From: Heterodontus francisci | Lineage: Eukaryota | DNA: 64,000 nucleotides | Reading direction: 5' to 3' | Assembly (NCBI RefSeq): GCF_036365525.1 | Contig: NC_090376.1 | Location: 112,275,651-112,339,650 of the forward strand | In this document: piece by piece, positions 59,954-64,000 of the stretch | Layout of the letters: each line of letters begins with the position of its first letter | How positions within the stretch are numbered: the first letter of the stretch is position 1 | Notes under the pieces: generated by a model | What the model saw: the letters and a program-made list of their open reading frames with translations, nothing else | Told to the model about the DNA's origin: nothing | Databases searched by the model: none | Translations under genes and position numbers: made by a program

Positions 59954-61306
59954 CCAATTGCTTCCAATTTCCACCATTCTCACCTTCACATGGTCTATCT
60001 GCAACACTTCCCTTCCCTTCCTCGACTTCTCTGTCTCCATCTCTGGGGATAGGCTGTCCAGTAATATTCATTATAAGCCCACTGATTCCCACAGCTACCT
60101 TGACTACACTTCCTCACACCCTGTTTCCTATAAGGACTCCATCCCATTCTCCCAGTTTCTCTGTCTCCAACGCATCTGTTCTGATGATGCAACCTTCCAC
60201 AACAGCGCTTCTGACAGCCCTTTTTCCTCAACCAAGGATTCCCTCCACTGTGGTTGACAGGGCCCTCAACTGTGTCCAACCCATTTCTCGCACTTCTGCC
60301 CTCACCCCTTCCCCTCCCAGAACTGCAAGAGGGTTCCCCTTGTCCTCATTTTCCACCCCGACTAGCCTCCACATCCAAAGGATCATCCTCCTGCCATTTC
60401 TGCCACCTCCAGTGTGATGCCACCACCAAACAGATCTTCCCTTCCCCTCCCCTCCCCTGTCAGCATTCCAAAGGGATCATTCCCTCCAAGACACCCTGAT
60501 CCACTCCTCCATCAGTCCATACACCTTGTCCCCTTCCCACGGCACCTTACCATGCAATGGCAGGAGGTGCAATACCTGCCCTTTTACTCCTCTCTCCTCA
60601 CCAGCCAACCCCTAAACACTCTTTCTAGGTGAAGCAGCGATTTACTTGTACTTCCTTCAAATTTAGCATACTGTATTCGCTGCTCACAATGCGGTCACCT
60701 CTATATTGGGGGGACCAAATGCAGATTGGGTGACCGCTTTGCAGAACACCTCTGCTCAGTCCACAAGCATGACCTGAACTTCCGGCTGCTTGTCATTTCA
60801 ACTTACCTCCCTGCTCTCATGCCGATATTTCTGTGCTTGGCCTGCTCCAGTGTTCCAGTGAACATCAACAGCAGCACCTGATCTTTTGATTAGGCACTCT
60901 ACAGCCTTCTGGACTTAAAATTGAGTTCAACAATTTCAGAGCATGACCTTTTTTATTATTGTATTTTATTCTTTTACCTTGTGCCTGCCTTAAATTTGTT
61001 TTCTCCTGTTGTGCTTTTGGACAGAACTGCTCATTATTCTGTCATTAACACTCACTCTAGACTCCTGCTTTGTCTTTCACACAACTATTTACACTCTCTT
61101 TGCCTTTGTCCCATGGCATCTCTCCTGCCCTCCGCCCTATCACACACCTTCCATTTTGTTCTCTTCTCCACCTCCCCCCCACCTCTTTATTTCTTAAAAC
61201 CTAATGCATATCTAATCTTTGCCAGTTCTGATGAAAGGTGACAGACCTGAAAAGTTAACTCTGCTCTCTCCACAGATGTTGAGTATTTCCAGCATTTTCT
61301 GTTTTT
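59954..61306 (+). mobile_element. Penelope-like element, 5'-truncated: RT thumb, GIY-YIG endonuclease and 3' region with hammerhead motif
   Basis: LPFLDFSV..YKPTDSHSYLDYTSSHP..SIPFSQFL, CNGRRCNTC, YCIRCSQCGHLYIG.TK..DRFAEH and LGTLQPSGL. TSD attccc(a/g)atct (59943-59953 and 61307-61317). Confidence 0.92.
61224..61260 (+). ncRNA. Minimal hammerhead ribozyme motif in the Penelope 3' end (sense orientation)
   Basis: AGTT CTGATGA aaggtg aca gacct GAAA agtt AACT. Confidence 0.65.
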
Positions 61307-62949
61307 ATTCCCGATCTTTGACCTGCTCTCGTCGCCAGTGTTTACATGGTTGGTCCAGTTAAACACTGGTCAACCCTGGTAACCCCCAGGATGTTTATGG
61401 AGGGGGAATTCAAGGATGGTAATGCCATTGACCATCAAGGAGAGACGATTATATTCTCTCTTGTTTAGGTGGACATTGCTTGGCACTTTTGGGGCATGAA
61501 TGTTACTTGCCACTTCTCAGTTCAAGCCTGACTATTGACGAGGTCCTGCTGCATGTGGTCATGGACTGCTTCAGAATCTGAGGAGTTGTGAATGGTGCTG
61601 AATACTGCACAATCATTAGTGAACATCCCCACTTCTGACCTTATGTTGGAGGTAAGCAGCTGAAGATGGTTGGGCCTAAGACACTGCCCTGAGGAACTCC
61701 TACAGCGATGTCCTGCGGCTGAGGTGATTGACCTCCAACCATTATTCTTTGTGCTAGGTTTGACTTCAACCACTGAGAGTTTTCCCCTCGATTCCCTTAG
61801 ACTTCAATTTTGCTAGGGCTGCTTGGTGCTGCACTCAAGTTAAAAGCTGCCTTGATGTCAAGGGAAATCAATCTCACCTCACTTGTGGAGTTCAGCTACT
61901 TTGTCCACATTTGGCCCAAGGCTATAATGAGGTCTGGAGCCAAGTAGCCCTGATGGAACCCAAGCTGAGCATCGGTGACCAGTTTATTGCTGAATAAGTG
62001 CCACTTGATGGAGGTGTCATCGACACCTTCCATCACTCTGCTGATGATCGAGAGTAGATTAATGAAGCAGTAATTGGCCTGATTGGATTTGTCCTGCTTT
62101 TTGTGGATAGGTTATAGCTGGGCAATTTTCCACATTGCTGGGTGGATGCCTGGGTTGTAGCTGTACTGGAACAGCTTGGCTAGAGGCACAGCTAGTTCTG
62201 GAGCACAAGTCTTCAGTACTACAGCTGGGATGTTGTCAGTACCCATAGCCTCTGCCGTATCCAGTGCCTTCAGCCATTTCTTGATATCGCAGAGTGAATC
62301 GGATTGGCTGACGACTGGCACCTGATGCTGGGAACCTCAGGGGGAGGCTGCGATTTATCATCCACTCGGCACTTCTGTCTGAAGATGGTTGCGAATGCTT
62401 CAGCTTTTTCTTTTGCACTGATGTGCTGGACTCCTCCATCATTGAGGATGGGGATATGTGTGGAGCCACCTCCTCCTCCTCTTGTTAGTTGTTTAATTAT
62501 CCACCACCATTCATGATTGGATGTGGCAGGACTGCAGCGCTTTGATATGATCTGTTGGTTGTGGGATCACTTAGCTCCATCACATGCTGCTTTCGCTGTT
62601 TGGCATGCACGTAGTCCTGTGTTGTAGCTTCACCAGGTTGGTACAGTTTTAGGTATGCCTGATGCTGCTCCTGGCATGCTTGCCTGCACTCCTCATTGAG
62701 CCATGGTTGATCCCTTGACTTGATAATAATGGTGAAGTGAGGGATATGCCAGGCCATGAGGTTTTAGATTGTGGTTGAATACAATTATGCTGCTGCTGGG
62801 GGTGGGGAAGCAGGGAGTGATGGCCCACAAACCTCCAGATGTTAGTGAGGAGGTCTTTGCATAGTCGGCTGGGCAGGGTGTGCCTTTGTTATTTCCGATG
62901 TTCGGTCGATACCAGTTTTAACCACTTATTTTCTACAGCAGTTTGATAC

Positions 62950-63240
62950 AACTAGGCCATTTCAGAGGGTAGTTAAGAGTCAACCACATTGGTTTGGATC
63001 TGGAGTTAAATGTAAGCCAGATCAGGTAAGCAGAGTCCCTTCCCTAAAAAAGACATTAGTGAAGCAGATGGGTTTTTGCGTTAATCCCACAGTTTCATAG
63101 TCACCATTACTAAGACTTTTACTTCCAGTTATATTAATTGAATTTAAATTCTACCAGCTACTGTGGTGGGATCTGAACTCATGTCTATGAAGCATTAGTC
63201 CAGGCCTCTGGACTACTAGTCCAGTAACATTACCAATCTG
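62950..63240 (-). mobile_element. tRNA-derived SINE (family of 3465-3710), head and body
   Basis: Minus strand reads ggtaatgttactggactagtagtccagagg..gagttcagatcccacc (A/B-box-like), followed by the family body. Confidence 0.7.
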
Positions 63241-63624
63241 CTTCTGTTCCCAGTAAAACAATACGTAGTTACAAGTACAGAGGGAAACAGTCTGTAGCAA
63301 GACACAAAACTGTAACACACTAAGGTGACATCATAAAACAGCATATTGACACGTCTTAACCCATTGGTGCCTTGTAATCTGGAGTACAAATATATTTATA
63401 CAGATTTCATGAAATTTTGCATTTTTGATCGTCAGCAAACACCTGCATTTTGTGAAAACATGAATGTTGTGTCAGATAATTAGCAAACCAATGGTAATCC
63501 TGTGCAATAAATATAGGTAACAGCAACCGATGAGCCGCACCTAAATTTTCTATATTTCTAACAGTAATCGTAGTGTCCCTCCCACCATTCCAGGAGCCTA
63601 CAACAGTCTCTATACCCAGATATC

Positions 63625-63845
63625 AACTGTGGCTCAGTGGTAACACAATACACCACTAAATCAGATGGTTGTGGGTTCAAGCCCTACTCTATTGATTTCA
63701 GTGCATAATCTAGTCCAACATAAATCAGTGCAATATTCAAGGAGTGCCTGTTGGAGGTATTGTCTTTTAGATGAGGCATTAAACTGAGGCCTAGTCTGTA
63801 CCATCATAGTTCTCCCAGGAGGTGTCCTGACCAATAATATTTAAC
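63625..63845 (+). mobile_element. DeuSINE remnant with tRNA-like head
   Basis: ctgtggctcagtggtaac..gtgggttcaagccc..gcataatctag..ggaggtattgtcttttagatgaggcattaaactgagg. Confidence 0.7.
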
Positions 63846-63849
63846 CCCA

Positions 63850-64000
63850 TGTTACGGCCACGTGGTGAGGGGTGTGAGAGGATCCCCCTGTTGCATTCCC
63901 ACCTGACTGCAAGGTTTAACCCCTTGGTGTTTTATTTAGCAAATAAACAGACACCAACAGTTTTTCTTGTAGGTTTAAAACAGAAGATCAATTATTTATT
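63850..64000 (-). repeat. 3' end of an LTR related to 2638-3301, running off the window
   Basis: Reverse complement ends cccctcaccacgtggccgtaaca (compare cccctcctcacttgactgtaaca). AATAAA lies ~145 bp from the end, as in the first LTR. Confidence 0.6.

Larger units (their letters stand above)
59370..62800 (-). mobile_element. Second-family CR1/L2-group LINE (RT region to 3' tail), interrupted by Penelope
   Basis: Motifs DQPWLNEECRQA, AMGTDNIPAVVLKTCAPELAVPLAKLF, GVPQGSVLGP, MFTNDC and MQQDL. The 3' tail matches 6040-6142. Confidence 0.85.

Overview
This is eukaryotic, repeat-dominated DNA. The repeat families (HE1-type V-SINE, Deu-domain SINE, esterase-ORF1 CR1 LINEs, Penelope) point to a cartilaginous fish (shark or ray). 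That is an inference, and I cannot name the species. Most of the window is nested transposable elements: a decayed Gypsy element with integrase upstream of RT (Gmr1-like order) and its 3' LTR; many CR1 LINEs, one near full length and one apparently 5'-inverted; L2 remnants; a hAT-Charlie transposon; two two-gene PIF/Harbinger elements with related MITEs; three Penelope copies; two RTE LINEs, one with an intact 877-aa ORF and a 12-bp TSD; and three SINE families. No host protein-coding gene could be identified, although a few minus-strand exon-like segments exist. Most notable are ~100-145 bp TSD-flanked mini-insertions that begin at a minimal hammerhead-ribozyme motif shared with the Penelope 3' end, an unclassified CpG-rich element with symmetric sub-terminal inverted repeats and a CTCF motif, a twin-priming-like CR1 inversion, and two locally templated duplications. 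All calls are by eye. Boundaries not anchored by a TSD or TIR are approximate.
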